From Thermotogota bacterium (lineage in GTDB: Bacteria > Thermotogota > Thermotogae > Petrotogales > Petrotogaceae), in the NCBI GenBank assembly GCA_022704305.1, contig JAKJGQ010000001.1, positions 16,779 through 80,778 of the forward strand: a stretch of 64,000 nucleotides of DNA. Reading direction: 5' to 3'. The stretch's first letter is position 1; the number at the start of each line of letters is the position of its first letter. The notes beneath the pieces were generated by a model. It made no database searches. It saw nothing but the letters and a program-made list of their open reading frames with translations, and was not told the origin of the DNA. A program made the position numbers and the translations under genes. This document shows, one piece after another, positions 1-10,015 of the stretch.

Positions 1-1
1 A

Positions 2-763
2 ATAGTAAACGCTATTCCGGCACAGTTTACTAGAAGCGTTATGAGACAAGTTAAAGATATAGGAAAAAAACTGTTTATAAATCTTGCCAAGGGAATAGAA
101 ATAGAGAGTGGAATGCTTATAAATCAGATTTTTTTTCAGGAGGCAAAATCAGAATTTTATTGTACACTAAGCGGTCCGAGTCATGCAGAAGAAGTTGCGA
201 GAGATATTCCGACCACAGTTGTAGCATGCAGTAAAAATGCAACTACAGCAGAATTTGTACAAAAATTATTTAGTAATGCATCCTTTCGTGTATATACAAA
301 CAGTGATGTATCAGGAGTAGAAATATGTGGTGCATTGAAAAATATCTATGCAATTGCCTGTGGCATAATTGATGGTTTTGGAACATGGGATAATTCCAAA
401 GCTGCTTTGATAACCAGATCTATGGTAGAACTGGCCAGATATGGCGAAAATAATGGGGCAAAAAAAGAGACTTTTTTTGGTTTGGCAGGTATTGGGGATA
501 TGATCGTAACTTGTACTTCTCTTCATAGCAGAAATAGACACGTGGGAGAAATGATAGGCAAAGGAAAGTCTCTCGACGAAATAATAGAGAGTATGAACCA
601 AGTTGCCGAAGGAGTTTATACTTCAAAAGCTTTGCATAGGATATTAAAGGAAAAATATACAGAAATGCCAATAGCTGAGAAAATATACAGTATACTATAC
701 GAGAGTTACGATCCTAAAAAAGCTATAAGTGATTTAATGAACAGGGAACTAAAAGCAGAGTAG
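2..763 (+). CDS. gpsA: NAD(P)H-dependent glycerol-3-phosphate dehydrogenase, C-terminal portion (5' end upstream of window)
   Basis: Reading frame is open to the window edge and in frame with ORF 41..763. GpsA C-terminal domain residues are present (GALKNIYAIACGIIDG, TSLHSRNR). The N-terminal NAD-binding domain is missing, so the gene is truncated by the window. Confidence 0.8.
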   Translation: MVNAIPAQFTRSVMRQVKDIGKKLFINLAKGIEIESGMLINQIFFQEAKSEFYCTLSGPSHAEEVARDIPTTVVACSKNATTAEFVQKLFSNASFRVYTNSDVSGVEICGALKNIYAIACGIIDGFGTWDNSKAALITRSMVELARYGENNGAKKETFFGLAGIGDMIVTCTSLHSRNRHVGEMIGKGKSLDEIIESMNQVAEGVYTSKALHRILKEKYTEMPIAEKIYSILYESYDPKKAISDLMNRELKAE

Positions 764-865
764 AATATACAGTAACAGTAAAAGTTAAGGAAAAAACAGA
801 ACAATTTTTCTATATTGTTGTTGTAAGAGAATGTTTACATAATAAAACCTAAATAATAGAAAAAA

Positions 866-908
866 GAATAAAACTCTTTTTATAAAAGAGTTTTATTCTT
901 TTCTTTTA
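866..908 (+). terminator. Rho-independent terminator after gpsA
   Basis: Perfect 15-nt inverted repeat AGAATAAAACTCTTT / AAAGAGTTTTATTCT with a short loop, followed by TTTCTTTT. Confidence 0.7.
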
Positions 909-1196
909 GAAAGCGCTGCTATAGGACGAAAAAAGGATAGTCTTAAAATATTATGCTTCTAATATGAAATAAAAAGTATTTGATATAAAAAGTATCCTCT
1001 CTGTGTCTTTATTTTTTTAATTAATAGTTACCATGTAAATTCATAATTTTACGTATTTTTCCTCTACAGTAAAAGGAAAGCGAGCTTAATCAGCTGAAAA
1101 GTCTATTAAAAAAGAATTTAAGCAAGTTCATAAAAACTTTTCTTGATTAACCAAAATGGATATGATACTCTTTATAGTGCTATTATTTGATAGGGG

Positions 1197-2567
1197 TTGA
1201 TTTTAGTGACAACAAATGAGTTACTTGAACAGATCAAGTTGAGAATATCAAAAGAGACATGGAACAACTGGTTATCTACGGCCAAAGTCCTTGAAATAGA
1301 AGGTGACTCAGTAAAGGTAGGTTTGGGGAATATATTTATTAAAGAAACTGTTGAAAAGCGTTTTGGTTCTGTTATAGCCGATGCTGTTACAGATGCTTTA
1401 GGTAAAAAAGTATCAATAGTTTTTTCTGAGATTCCTATTCAGGAATCAACAAGTACATATTCCGGTCCTATAATAAAAAACAGACCTTTAAAACTTTCAG
1501 AGGTGAATACTGAGTTTACTTTTGAATCATTTATAGTAGGAATCAACAATAAGATAGCTTATCAGTCATCACTTGAAGTTTCTCGTAATCCAGGAAAGTA
1601 CAATCCTCTTTTTATATATGGGGATGTGGGTATCGGTAAAACGCATCTTCTTCATGCTATTGCAAATTACGTTATGGAACATTCTCCTGATCTAAGGATT
1701 ATGTATATGACGGCGGAAGATTTTATGAACGAGATGATGAAGGCAATTAGAAATCAATCTATGGATGATTTTAGGGAAAGGTTAAGAAAAACCATAGACA
1801 TTCTGCTTTTGGACGATATCCAGTTTCTTATAGGTAAAAATACCGCACAAACCGAACTTTTTCATACATTTAATTCTCTTTTTAACGCCGGAAAACAGGT
1901 GGTCATATGCTCTGACAGAACTCCGGAAGAGCTATCGACTTTTAATTCAAGGCTGATAAGCAGGTTTGAAATGGGTTTTCTTGCATGTATAGAGCATCCT
2001 GATACAGATACCAGATTTCTTATTGCAAAGAAAATGGCTAATCTTATTCCAGTAGAACTATCAGATGAAGTTGCAATGTATATTGCGCAGAATGTAGATT
2101 CTAATCTCAGAAAGCTTAGAGGAACAATAATGAATCTTATGCTTCACAGTAAAATGTCAGGAAAAAATCTTGATCTGAATGAAACCAAAAAAATTCTGAA
2201 GTTGTATAAGCTAGGTAACGATAGTAAAAAGATAGATGGTATAGAAATAGATAAAAACATCAAGGTTAATAATATCATCAGTGCTGTTCTGTCAGAGTTC
2301 AAACTTGAAAAACAAGAGCTTTATTCTAATTCTAGAAAGAAGTCTGTCGCACAGGCAAGACAGCTACTGGCATATATGTTAAAAGTGTATACCAAATTGA
2401 ATGTAAATGAGATTTCAAAGGAGCTGAAAAGGAATCATTCAACCATAAGCCAATCTATTAAAAAAGTTGAGCAATCACTGCTTGTTGGCAATAATATATT
2501 GAAAAGTCAGCTCGATGAGATAAAAACAAAAATTGAAGAAGAGGATTTGGATTTCAATGTAGTTTAA
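1197..2567 (+). CDS. dnaA: chromosomal replication initiator DnaA
   Basis: AAA+ Walker A GDVGIGKTHLL, sensor and box VII region, and the C-terminal DNA-binding domain IV (KKSVAQARQLLAYML) are all present. The likely true start is GTG at about 1206, 5-6 nt after GGGGT. Confidence 0.9.
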   Translation: MILVTTNELLEQIKLRISKETWNNWLSTAKVLEIEGDSVKVGLGNIFIKETVEKRFGSVIADAVTDALGKKVSIVFSEIPIQESTSTYSGPIIKNRPLKLSEVNTEFTFESFIVGINNKIAYQSSLEVSRNPGKYNPLFIYGDVGIGKTHLLHAIANYVMEHSPDLRIMYMTAEDFMNEMMKAIRNQSMDDFRERLRKTIDILLLDDIQFLIGKNTAQTELFHTFNSLFNAGKQVVICSDRTPEELSTFNSRLISRFEMGFLACIEHPDTDTRFLIAKKMANLIPVELSDEVAMYIAQNVDSNLRKLRGTIMNLMLHSKMSGKNLDLNETKKILKLYKLGNDSKKIDGIEIDKNIKVNNIISAVLSEFKLEKQELYSNSRKKSVAQARQLLAYMLKVYTKLNVNEISKELKRNHSTISQSIKKVEQSLLVGNNILKSQLDEIKTKIEEEDLDFNVV

Positions 2568-2745
2568 GGTGCCGTCTATTCGGTGCCTTTTTTTATAGTT
2601 GTTCAAATAGCTGGAATAAATCAAAATAGATGCTTCAAATCACCATTTTTTAACTAATAATATAAGGCATAGACATTGAAATTTTTTTCATTATGTACTA
2701 AACTTTATATATAGAGAGAAAAAAACGATATAAAGGAGAGATACT

Positions 2746-3786
2746 ATGAGAGCTGTGATAAAAAAGGAAAGAGCTCCTGGGCTTACATTTCAAATGATGG
2801 AAGAACCTCAGATTGTTAATCCGCAGGATGTCAAAATCAAGATTCTTAAAGCTTCTATATGCGGAACCGATTTACATATATATAAGTGGGATCAATGGTC
2901 TCAGGAAAGAATAAAGCCTCCGCAGATTGGAGGACACGAGTTCGTAGGAAAGGTAATGGAAATAGGTCCTGCAGTAAAAGGAGTTAAGCCTGGCGATTAT
3001 GTTGCATGTGAAACACATATTCCTTGCGGAGTATGCTATCTGTGTAAGACCGGTAATATGCATGTGTGTAGTGACATGAAGATACTAGGTGTACACAGGG
3101 ATGGAGTTTTTGCTGATTACGTTGTAGTTCCTGAAGTGGTACTTTGGAAAGTAGATAAATCTATTCCATTGGAATATGCTTCGGTTATGGAACCTTTAGG
3201 GAATGCAATTCATACGCTTTCGTACGTTGATCTCAGAGCTAAGAACGTTCTTATAACCGGTGCCGGACCCATAGGCGCAATGGCAATAGCAGTTGCAAAG
3301 ATAAGCGGAGCGGCATCCATAATGGTAAGCGAGGTATCGGAATATAGGAGAAATATGGCTCAGTCTTTGGGAGCAGATCTTCTGATAAATCCTGCTCAGG
3401 AAAGTCTCCAGGATAAAGTAAATTCATTTACTAACGGGCATGGAGCAGATGTTCTAATTGAAATGTCTGGAAATGTTGAAGCTTTGAATTCTGGAATGAA
3501 TGCTGTTCGTAACTGTGGTCAAATAAGCATATTGGGAGTATTTAAAGATGCACGGATACCCTTTGAAATGAACACGGCTGTATTCAAAAATCTTAGTATT
3601 TTTACTGTCACAGGAAGAAAAATGTTTGAAACATGGCATCAGGCTGAACAATGGTTGAAATATAGAAAAATTGATATAAGTAAAGTTGTTACCCATTCCT
3701 TTGATCTTGAGGATTTTGAAAAAGGGTTTGAACTGATGGCCAGTGGGAAATCAGGAAAGATAGTGCTCAATATCAATAAAGACTGA
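2746..3786 (+). CDS. tdh: L-threonine 3-dehydrogenase (Zn-dependent MDR family)
   Basis: Zn-ADH motifs CGTDLH and GHEFVGKV, the structural-Zn Cys cluster CxxCxxC, and a Rossmann GAGPIG. It sits immediately upstream of kbl. Confidence 0.85.
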   Translation: MRAVIKKERAPGLTFQMMEEPQIVNPQDVKIKILKASICGTDLHIYKWDQWSQERIKPPQIGGHEFVGKVMEIGPAVKGVKPGDYVACETHIPCGVCYLCKTGNMHVCSDMKILGVHRDGVFADYVVVPEVVLWKVDKSIPLEYASVMEPLGNAIHTLSYVDLRAKNVLITGAGPIGAMAIAVAKISGAASIMVSEVSEYRRNMAQSLGADLLINPAQESLQDKVNSFTNGHGADVLIEMSGNVEALNSGMNAVRNCGQISILGVFKDARIPFEMNTAVFKNLSIFTVTGRKMFETWHQAEQWLKYRKIDISKVVTHSFDLEDFEKGFELMASGKSGKIVLNINKD

Positions 3787-3800
3787 TGAAGGGGGATAAA

Positions 3801-4985
3801 ATGGATTTAATAAAAGAACTTTGTGACGAGATGAATCAATTGAAGGAGAATGGCCTTGCACTTAACATAAGAACATTACAGACAGCTCAGGGACCGTGGC
3901 TGGAAATAGAAAACAAAAAAGTACTTAATATGTGTTCAAATAATTATTTAGACTTTGCTAACAGATCCGAGTTGAAAGAGGCAGCTAAAAAAGCAGTTGA
4001 TGAATGGGGAGTAGGACCCGGAGCAGTCAGATCCATAGCAGGAACGCTCACAATCCATGAAAAACTTGAAAAAGAGCTTGCAGATTTTAAGAATGTTGAA
4101 GCTACATTGGTTTTACAATCTGGATTCAATGCCAATCAAGCGGTTATCGCTCCTATAACCGGAGAAAATGATGCAATTCTATCTGATGAGCTTAACCATG
4201 CAAGTATTATTGATGGAGTAAGACTTTCAAAAGCAAAGAGATATGTATGGGCGCACAAAGACCATAAAGATCTTGAAGCACAGCTGCAGAAAGCAAAATC
4301 GGATGGTGCCCGTAGGATGCTTGTAATAACTGACGGTGTTTTCAGTATGGACGGGGATATTGCCCCCTTGCCTCAGATCAGTGAGGTATGCAAGAAGTAC
4401 GAGGCCATGCTCATGGTGGATGATGCACACGGAGAAGGGGTTCTTGGAAAAAGTGGAAGAGGAATAGTTGACCATTTTCATCTTCATGGTCAGGTTGATA
4501 TTGAAGTAGGAACTTTGTCCAAAGCTTTTGGTATCGTAGGAGGATTTGTTGCAGGTAAAAAAGGATTAATAGAGTATCTTAAGAATAAAGCTAGACCTTT
4601 TTTATTTTCCAGTTCTCTTTCACCTGCTGAAACCGGTGCAGCTTTAGCTGCATTAGAAATACTTAAAAAATCTGATGAACCTGTGAGAAGGCTGTGGGAA
4701 AATGCTGATTACTTCAAGGCAGAAATGAAGAAAATGGGATTTGATATTGGAAATAGTGTTACTCCTATTACTCCTGTGATGCTCTATGAAGCTTCAACAG
4801 CGAAGGAGTTCAGCAAAAAGCTTTTTGAAGAGGGAGTATTCGCATCTTCAATAGGGTATCCAACAGTTCCTAAGGGAAAGGCAAGGATAAGAGTAATGAT
4901 AAGTGCAGGTCATTCTAAAGAAGATCTTAAATTTGCTCTTTCAAAGTTTGAAAAAATAGGAAGGGAAATGAAAGTAATAAAATAA
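3801..4985 (+). CDS. kbl: 2-amino-3-ketobutyrate CoA ligase (glycine C-acetyltransferase)
   Basis: Class-II PLP aminotransferase fold with a PLP-lysine region GTLSKAFG. It is paired with tdh in the threonine-to-glycine pathway. Start chosen at MDLIKEL, preceded by AAGGGGG; the ORF track starts 15 nt earlier. Confidence 0.85.
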   Translation: MDLIKELCDEMNQLKENGLALNIRTLQTAQGPWLEIENKKVLNMCSNNYLDFANRSELKEAAKKAVDEWGVGPGAVRSIAGTLTIHEKLEKELADFKNVEATLVLQSGFNANQAVIAPITGENDAILSDELNHASIIDGVRLSKAKRYVWAHKDHKDLEAQLQKAKSDGARRMLVITDGVFSMDGDIAPLPQISEVCKKYEAMLMVDDAHGEGVLGKSGRGIVDHFHLHGQVDIEVGTLSKAFGIVGGFVAGKKGLIEYLKNKARPFLFSSSLSPAETGAALAALEILKKSDEPVRRLWENADYFKAEMKKMGFDIGNSVTPITPVMLYEASTAKEFSKKLFEEGVFASSIGYPTVPKGKARIRVMISAGHSKEDLKFALSKFEKIGREMKVIK

Positions 4986-4992
4986 ATGCTTA

Positions 4993-5024
4993 AAGATTAC
5001 GCGTAAGCGTAATCTTTTTTTTTT
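4993..5024 (+). terminator. Rho-independent terminator after kbl
   Basis: AAGATTACGC-gtaa-GCGTAATCTT perfect hairpin followed by a T8 run. Confidence 0.8.
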
Positions 5025-5109
5025 GGATGATAAACTAAGTTGTTAATTAGTAACATATTAAGTTACATTCTAATGTTATAATCTCCTACGAAAAAGGAGG
5101 AAGAAGTTT

Positions 5110-6978
5110 ATGGAATATAATAAAGATATGATTTTTGATATAGTAGTTGTGGGAGCCGGTCATGCAGGCATAGAAGCAGGAGTAATTTGTGCAAAAATGG
5201 GTATGAAGACTCTTATTTTAAACATAAATCTTGATATGGTCGGATGGGCCTCATGTAATCCGGCAATAGGCGGACCTGCCAAAGGAGTTGTTGCCCGCGA
5301 GGTTGATGTTTTGGGCGGAGTTATGGCAAAAGTTACCGATAGTACTATGATTAATGTAAGAATGCTTAATACCAGCAAAGGAATAGCTGTAAGAGCACTT
5401 AGAGCACAGATAGACAAGTATGAATACTCAAGGGAAATGAAGAGAATTCTCGAAAGTACAGACAATCTTTATCTCCGCTATGGTGTTGTCAGAGAAATTC
5501 TCACTGAATCGGGAAAAGTAAAAGGATTAGTAACGGAATTCGGTATGAAGTATGACTGCCGTGCAGTGATATTAACTACCGGTACTTTTTTGGGAGGAAA
5601 ACTTTTTATTGGCAGAGAGGTTCAGTATGGTGGAAGACTTGGAGAACTACCGGCAAATGGTCTTACAAAGAATCTTATGGATCACGGGATAAAAATGGAG
5701 AGATTTAAAACCGGAACACCCGCAAGAATAAGAAAGGACTCTATAGATTTTTCAAAGATGGAAATCCAACAGACTTCCTCAGAGCCTCTTGCATTTTCGT
5801 TTTTTTCAAAGAAAAAAATTTTATCTCCTGAGTATCCTTGTTGGCTGACACGCACAAATAATAACACGCATGACGTAATAAGAAAATATATTTCATTTTC
5901 TCCCTTATATGGTGATGTAAAGCTTGTACAGGGAAAAGGTCCAAGATACTGTCCTTCTATTGAAGATAAAGTCATGAAGTTTGATAAACAATCACATCAA
6001 ATATTTGTTGAGCCGGAATCAAGGTATTCTAAAGAGTATTATCTTAACGGATTAAGCACGAGTCTGCCAATTGAGGCACAAATAGGTATTATACGGTCAA
6101 TAAATGGTCTTGAGAATGCAGTTATTGAAAGACCGGCTTATGCGGTAGAGTATGATTATGCTTGTCCAGATCAGTTGTTTCCTACACTTGAAAGTAAAAA
6201 AATAGAAAATCTCTATTTTGCAGGACAAATAAACGGAACGAGTGGATACGAAGAAGCTGCAGGTCAAGGAGTGGTTGCAGGAATTAATGCAGCTGCCAAG
6301 CTCAAAGGGATGAAGCCTTTGGTACTCAGAAGAGACGAGGCTTATATTGGAGTTTTGATTGATGACATAATTAACAAAAGTGTAGATGAACCATACAGGT
6401 TACTTACATCAAGAGCAGAATTCCGGCTGCTTTTGCGTCATGACAATGCACATCTGAGACTCGCAAAGTATGGATACGAGTATGGTCTAATATCTCAGGA
6501 TTTTTATAGAGCTGTTCAAAAAATAGAAAAAGAGGTTAATGAAAATATTGAAAGAATATCAAGGATAAATGTTTATCCATCAACTGTAAATGATATTTTG
6601 AGATCGTACTCTACTGAGCCGATTGAACATACTATGAAACTGGGAGATATACTTAAGCGTCCGCAAATTCCATATGAGGCTTTGAAACAGTTTGACAGTG
6701 TACCTATTCAAAATGATGAAATTGCTGAGCAGACTGATATATACTTTAAATATGGTGGTTATCTGAAAAAAATGGAAGAAGAAGTAAAGAAGATGAAAAA
6801 AATGGAAGAGATAATTATTTCTGACAGTTTTGATTATGATCAGGTTCATAACCTTGCATTCGAGGCAAGAGAAAAATTAAAAAAAATAAAGCCAACATCA
6901 ATTGCCCAGGCAATGAGAATTCCTGGAATCAATCCATCTGATATATTAAATCTTTCTGTGTACGTCAATAAAAAATAA
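5110..6978 (+). CDS. mnmG: tRNA uridine 5-carboxymethylaminomethyl modification enzyme MnmG (GidA)
   Basis: N-terminal FAD motif VVGAGHAGIEAG, 622 aa, and GidA family conserved blocks (GPRYCPSIEDK). Confidence 0.9.
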   Translation: MEYNKDMIFDIVVVGAGHAGIEAGVICAKMGMKTLILNINLDMVGWASCNPAIGGPAKGVVAREVDVLGGVMAKVTDSTMINVRMLNTSKGIAVRALRAQIDKYEYSREMKRILESTDNLYLRYGVVREILTESGKVKGLVTEFGMKYDCRAVILTTGTFLGGKLFIGREVQYGGRLGELPANGLTKNLMDHGIKMERFKTGTPARIRKDSIDFSKMEIQQTSSEPLAFSFFSKKKILSPEYPCWLTRTNNNTHDVIRKYISFSPLYGDVKLVQGKGPRYCPSIEDKVMKFDKQSHQIFVEPESRYSKEYYLNGLSTSLPIEAQIGIIRSINGLENAVIERPAYAVEYDYACPDQLFPTLESKKIENLYFAGQINGTSGYEEAAGQGVVAGINAAAKLKGMKPLVLRRDEAYIGVLIDDIINKSVDEPYRLLTSRAEFRLLLRHDNAHLRLAKYGYEYGLISQDFYRAVQKIEKEVNENIERISRINVYPSTVNDILRSYSTEPIEHTMKLGDILKRPQIPYEALKQFDSVPIQNDEIAEQTDIYFKYGGYLKKMEEEVKKMKKMEEIIISDSFDYDQVHNLAFEAREKLKKIKPTSIAQAMRIPGINPSDILNLSVYVNKK

Positions 6979-6993
6979 TGTAAATTTTATATG

Positions 6994-7030
6994 ATCCCTT
7001 TTATTGAGTAAGATATAAAATAAAAGGGAT
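6994..7030. terminator. Bidirectional terminator between convergent mnmG and tctA
   Basis: ATCCCTTTTAT ... ATAAAAGGGAT inverted repeat flanked by A and T runs on both sides. Confidence 0.65.
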
Positions 7031-8502
7031 TACTTTTTTACAGCATTGGTTTTACTTTTTATACTTAAAAATATTGAAAAAGCTATAAACACAATAATAA
7101 CTATACTTATCGGCTTGAGGAAAGTACCTGTTATCAGTTCTCTTACTGAACCGCTTAAAGATAAAGCTCTACGGAAGTTAGAGTCCATCATCTCTCCTAG
7201 AACAATTCCTAAGACCATAGCCGCAGTAGAAAAGCCAGTTCTTCGCATAAAAAATCCAATAACTCCAAAAACTGTCATTATAGATACCTCATAAAGACTC
7301 GAATTTACAGAATATGCTCCGATTATACATAGAATAGCTATTAAAGGAAGCATTATTTTTTTAGGTACCAGAACTACTTTTGATAATACCGGTATAAAAA
7401 GAAATCCCAAAACAATAATGAAAAAGGATCCTATCAATGTTGATAAGACAATGAGTTCAAATGCCTGAGGATTTTCTTTTATAAAAAGCGGTCCAGGTCT
7501 TAAGCCATGAACATAAAAAGCAGAAAGCATTACAGCTGTTACTGCATCACCTGGTATTCCAAGAGTAAGCATAGGTACAAGGGCTCCTCCTATACAGGCA
7601 TTATTGGCGCTTTCACTGGCAGCTATACCCTCAGGAGCACCTTGTCCAAAAGGTATTTTTGGTTTTCTTGCATACTTCTTTGCACTGTCATAAGCCAAAA
7701 GAGAAGCAACTGGAGCACCAGCTCCGGGAAGAATACCTATTATAGTTCCTATAGCGCTAGATATCAAAGATATTTTCCAGTATTTTAATATCTCCTTAAA
7801 AGAAACTTTTTCATTGTTATTTAATATGGAGATTTGAGAACTGGCTTGAGATGAGATCTGCTCTAGTACTTCGGAAAAACCAAACAAGCCAATCAGAACA
7901 GGAACAATAGGAATTCCCATCTGAAGATTCAGCGAGCCGAATGTAAATCTTGGAACTCCCATAATAGAGTCAATTCCAACCATGCTGATCATAACTCCAA
8001 TAAAAGCACTTATATGACCTTTTAGAATACTTTTTGAAGTGAGTGAACCTACTGTCGTAAGGCCAAAAAAAGCAAGAAGAAAGTAATCTATCGGCGAAAA
8101 TGAGAGTGCAATTTTTGATAGTGGCTTAGCAATAAGCGAAAGAACAATTAAACCAAATACTGTTCCGATAAAAGAATATACAGTTGCAATCCAAAGAGCC
8201 TTTTTAGAGTTACCATTGCAGCTCATAGGAAATCCATCAAATGATGTTGCCACAGATGCTGGTGTACCCGGTATATTGACAAGTATGGAAGTTATTGCAC
8301 CTGAATATACGCCCACAACGTATACTCCTATAATCAGAGCAATGGCATCATAAAAAGGCCATGAATAAGTAACAGATAAGAGCAATGCGGTTGCCATTGT
8401 TACTGACAAACCCGGAAGTGCTCCTATAATAAGTCCTATTAAAGATCCTGAAAATAAAATAAGCAGAAAGCGCAAATTAAAAACTGATAAAAAATAATCC
8501 AC
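7030..8502 (-). CDS. tctA: tripartite tricarboxylate transporter, large permease TctA
   Basis: 490 aa polytopic membrane protein with TctA-family length and glycine-rich TM blocks. It lies in a tctC-tctB-tctA order on the minus strand. Confidence 0.8.
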   Translation of the reverse strand: MDYFLSVFNLRFLLILFSGSLIGLIIGALPGLSVTMATALLLSVTYSWPFYDAIALIIGVYVVGVYSGAITSILVNIPGTPASVATSFDGFPMSCNGNSKKALWIATVYSFIGTVFGLIVLSLIAKPLSKIALSFSPIDYFLLAFFGLTTVGSLTSKSILKGHISAFIGVMISMVGIDSIMGVPRFTFGSLNLQMGIPIVPVLIGLFGFSEVLEQISSQASSQISILNNNEKVSFKEILKYWKISLISSAIGTIIGILPGAGAPVASLLAYDSAKKYARKPKIPFGQGAPEGIAASESANNACIGGALVPMLTLGIPGDAVTAVMLSAFYVHGLRPGPLFIKENPQAFELIVLSTLIGSFFIIVLGFLFIPVLSKVVLVPKKIMLPLIAILCIIGAYSVNSSLYEVSIMTVFGVIGFFMRRTGFSTAAMVLGIVLGEMMDSNFRRALSLSGSVRELITGTFLKPISIVIIVFIAFSIFLSIKSKTNAVKK

Positions 8503-8511
8503 AAAATCACC

Positions 8512-8940
8512 TTATGGAAGAGCTACATTAAGTACCTTCCCGAATATGAAAAATATAACTGCTGAAGATAAAAATGAGATGATAAGGTTTAAAAGTAAAT
8601 TTTTTTGTCCTGAAAGTATTGAAAGTATAAAAACATATAAAATTGTTGCATAAAAAAAATGTATATATGGAACTAAAAAAATAAAAGCAAAGGTAAGTAT
8701 AATAGTAAATAATAACTTCCACAATCCTTTTAAAAAGTTATTATTTACTGGATCTCCTTTCTTTTTAAGCAAAGAGAAAAACCAAAATAAAGACAAAATC
8801 AGAAGAAGAGTTGATACAATCATCGGAAAAAGTCCCGGAGAAAGACCTGCCGGACCATACTTTAGAAGTTCAGCTGAAAAAAATATAAGAAATGATGAAA
8901 TGATCAAAAAAAACATAGAAAGCATCAGTTCAAAATTCAT
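8512..8940 (-). CDS. tctB: tripartite tricarboxylate transporter small subunit TctB
   Basis: 142 aa protein with 4 TM segments between tctC and tctA; the overlap with tctC at 8937..8940 suggests translational coupling. Confidence 0.65.
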   Translation of the reverse strand: MNFELMLSMFFLIISSFLIFFSAELLKYGPAGLSPGLFPMIVSTLLLILSLFWFFSLLKKKGDPVNNNFLKGLWKLLFTIILTFAFIFLVPYIHFFYATILYVFILSILSGQKNLLLNLIISFLSSAVIFFIFGKVLNVALP

Positions 8941-9959
8941 TTTTCAAAACGCTTAATACCGTATTGATCAGGACTATTTGGAGCAGCCCCGGCATCGTAT
9001 AAAAGCCAAGCAACAATAGAAGTCCATCTTTGCCAGTATTCGGTTACATCTTGGTTTTTTAAATGATCCATTCTATTATAGTAGCTTAGATCAGTGAATT
9101 CAATCCATTTTGCATCATTAAAAGCTGAAACAAGGGCTTTTTGGATAGTTGCTTTAACTTCAGCAGGAGTTCCTTTTTTAATAAGAATACAGTTTGGAAA
9201 TGTAAGTGGCAGATAAGGTAAAAGTTCCGGTACGATCTGAGTAATAGGTGGGACTTCTGGCATTGCAGCAACTTTTTCTTTACTAAAAATAGCCAAAGCT
9301 TTTAAATCACCTGATTTAATATATTCAAGAACATTTGCAACATTTCCTACAGTAAATTCAACCTGTCCGGAAATAGCTGCAAGCATTGCCGGACTTCCTC
9401 CTCCAAAAGGAGTCATTGAAACATCAAGACCAGATTTTTTAAGAAGAAGACCCTGTATATGTCCGCTTGCACCGGGGCCTGAGTAAGACATACGAACTTT
9501 CCCCGGCTTATTTTTTATATCTTTAACCAGATCATCTATGGTCATGTATTTTGAAGTTTTGGGAACAACGATAACCTTTTCATCTTCAATAACCATAGAT
9601 ATAGGGTCAAAATCATCAAAACCAAGTTTACTATATCCTAAGACTCTGAACATACCGAGAGTCTCTGCTGAAAATAAAATATTATAGCCATCAGAAGGTT
9701 TGGCATAAAGCTGCTCTGTTCCTATAGCTCCTGATGCACCTGGGATATTCATCACAACGACTGGTACACCTATATACTTTTCAAATATAGGAGCCAAAGC
9801 TCTTGCAACTCTGTCGGTTATTCCACCAACAGGCCATGGAACAATAAGATTAATGGATTTTTGAGGATATCCCGCAAATAGATATAACGCGAATACAAAG
9901 ATAAGCATCAAAAATACGTTTTTTTTAGTCATGTTTTTGTTCAACCCTCCAAATATCAA
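8937..9959 (-). CDS. tctC: tripartite tricarboxylate transporter substrate-binding protein TctC (Bug family)
   Basis: N-terminal signal peptide followed by a Bug/TctC periplasmic binding fold; first gene of the tctCBA unit. Confidence 0.8.
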   Translation of the reverse strand: MIFGGLNKNMTKKNVFLMLIFVFALYLFAGYPQKSINLIVPWPVGGITDRVARALAPIFEKYIGVPVVVMNIPGASGAIGTEQLYAKPSDGYNILFSAETLGMFRVLGYSKLGFDDFDPISMVIEDEKVIVVPKTSKYMTIDDLVKDIKNKPGKVRMSYSGPGASGHIQGLLLKKSGLDVSMTPFGGGSPAMLAAISGQVEFTVGNVANVLEYIKSGDLKALAIFSKEKVAAMPEVPPITQIVPELLPYLPLTFPNCILIKKGTPAEVKATIQKALVSAFNDAKWIEFTDLSYYNRMDHLKNQDVTEYWQRWTSIVAWLLYDAGAAPNSPDQYGIKRFEK

Positions 9960-10015
9960 TTTTATACAAAGAAAAACAAGGGGATAACCCCCTTGTCATA
10001 ATAAAAAATTTAACA

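Noticed and set aside
311-671. Antisense ORFs 311..601 and 420..671 and similar 60-110 aa minus/plus-strand ORFs nested in annotated genes
   Set aside because: They lie fully inside well-supported genes on the opposite strand, have low-complexity compositions typical of antisense AT-rich frames, and lack RBSs.
2567-2600. Possible terminator after dnaA (GGTGCCG...CGGTGCC followed by T7)
   Set aside because: The two GGTGCC copies are direct repeats, not inverted, so no stable hairpin forms. Only the T-run is terminator-like.
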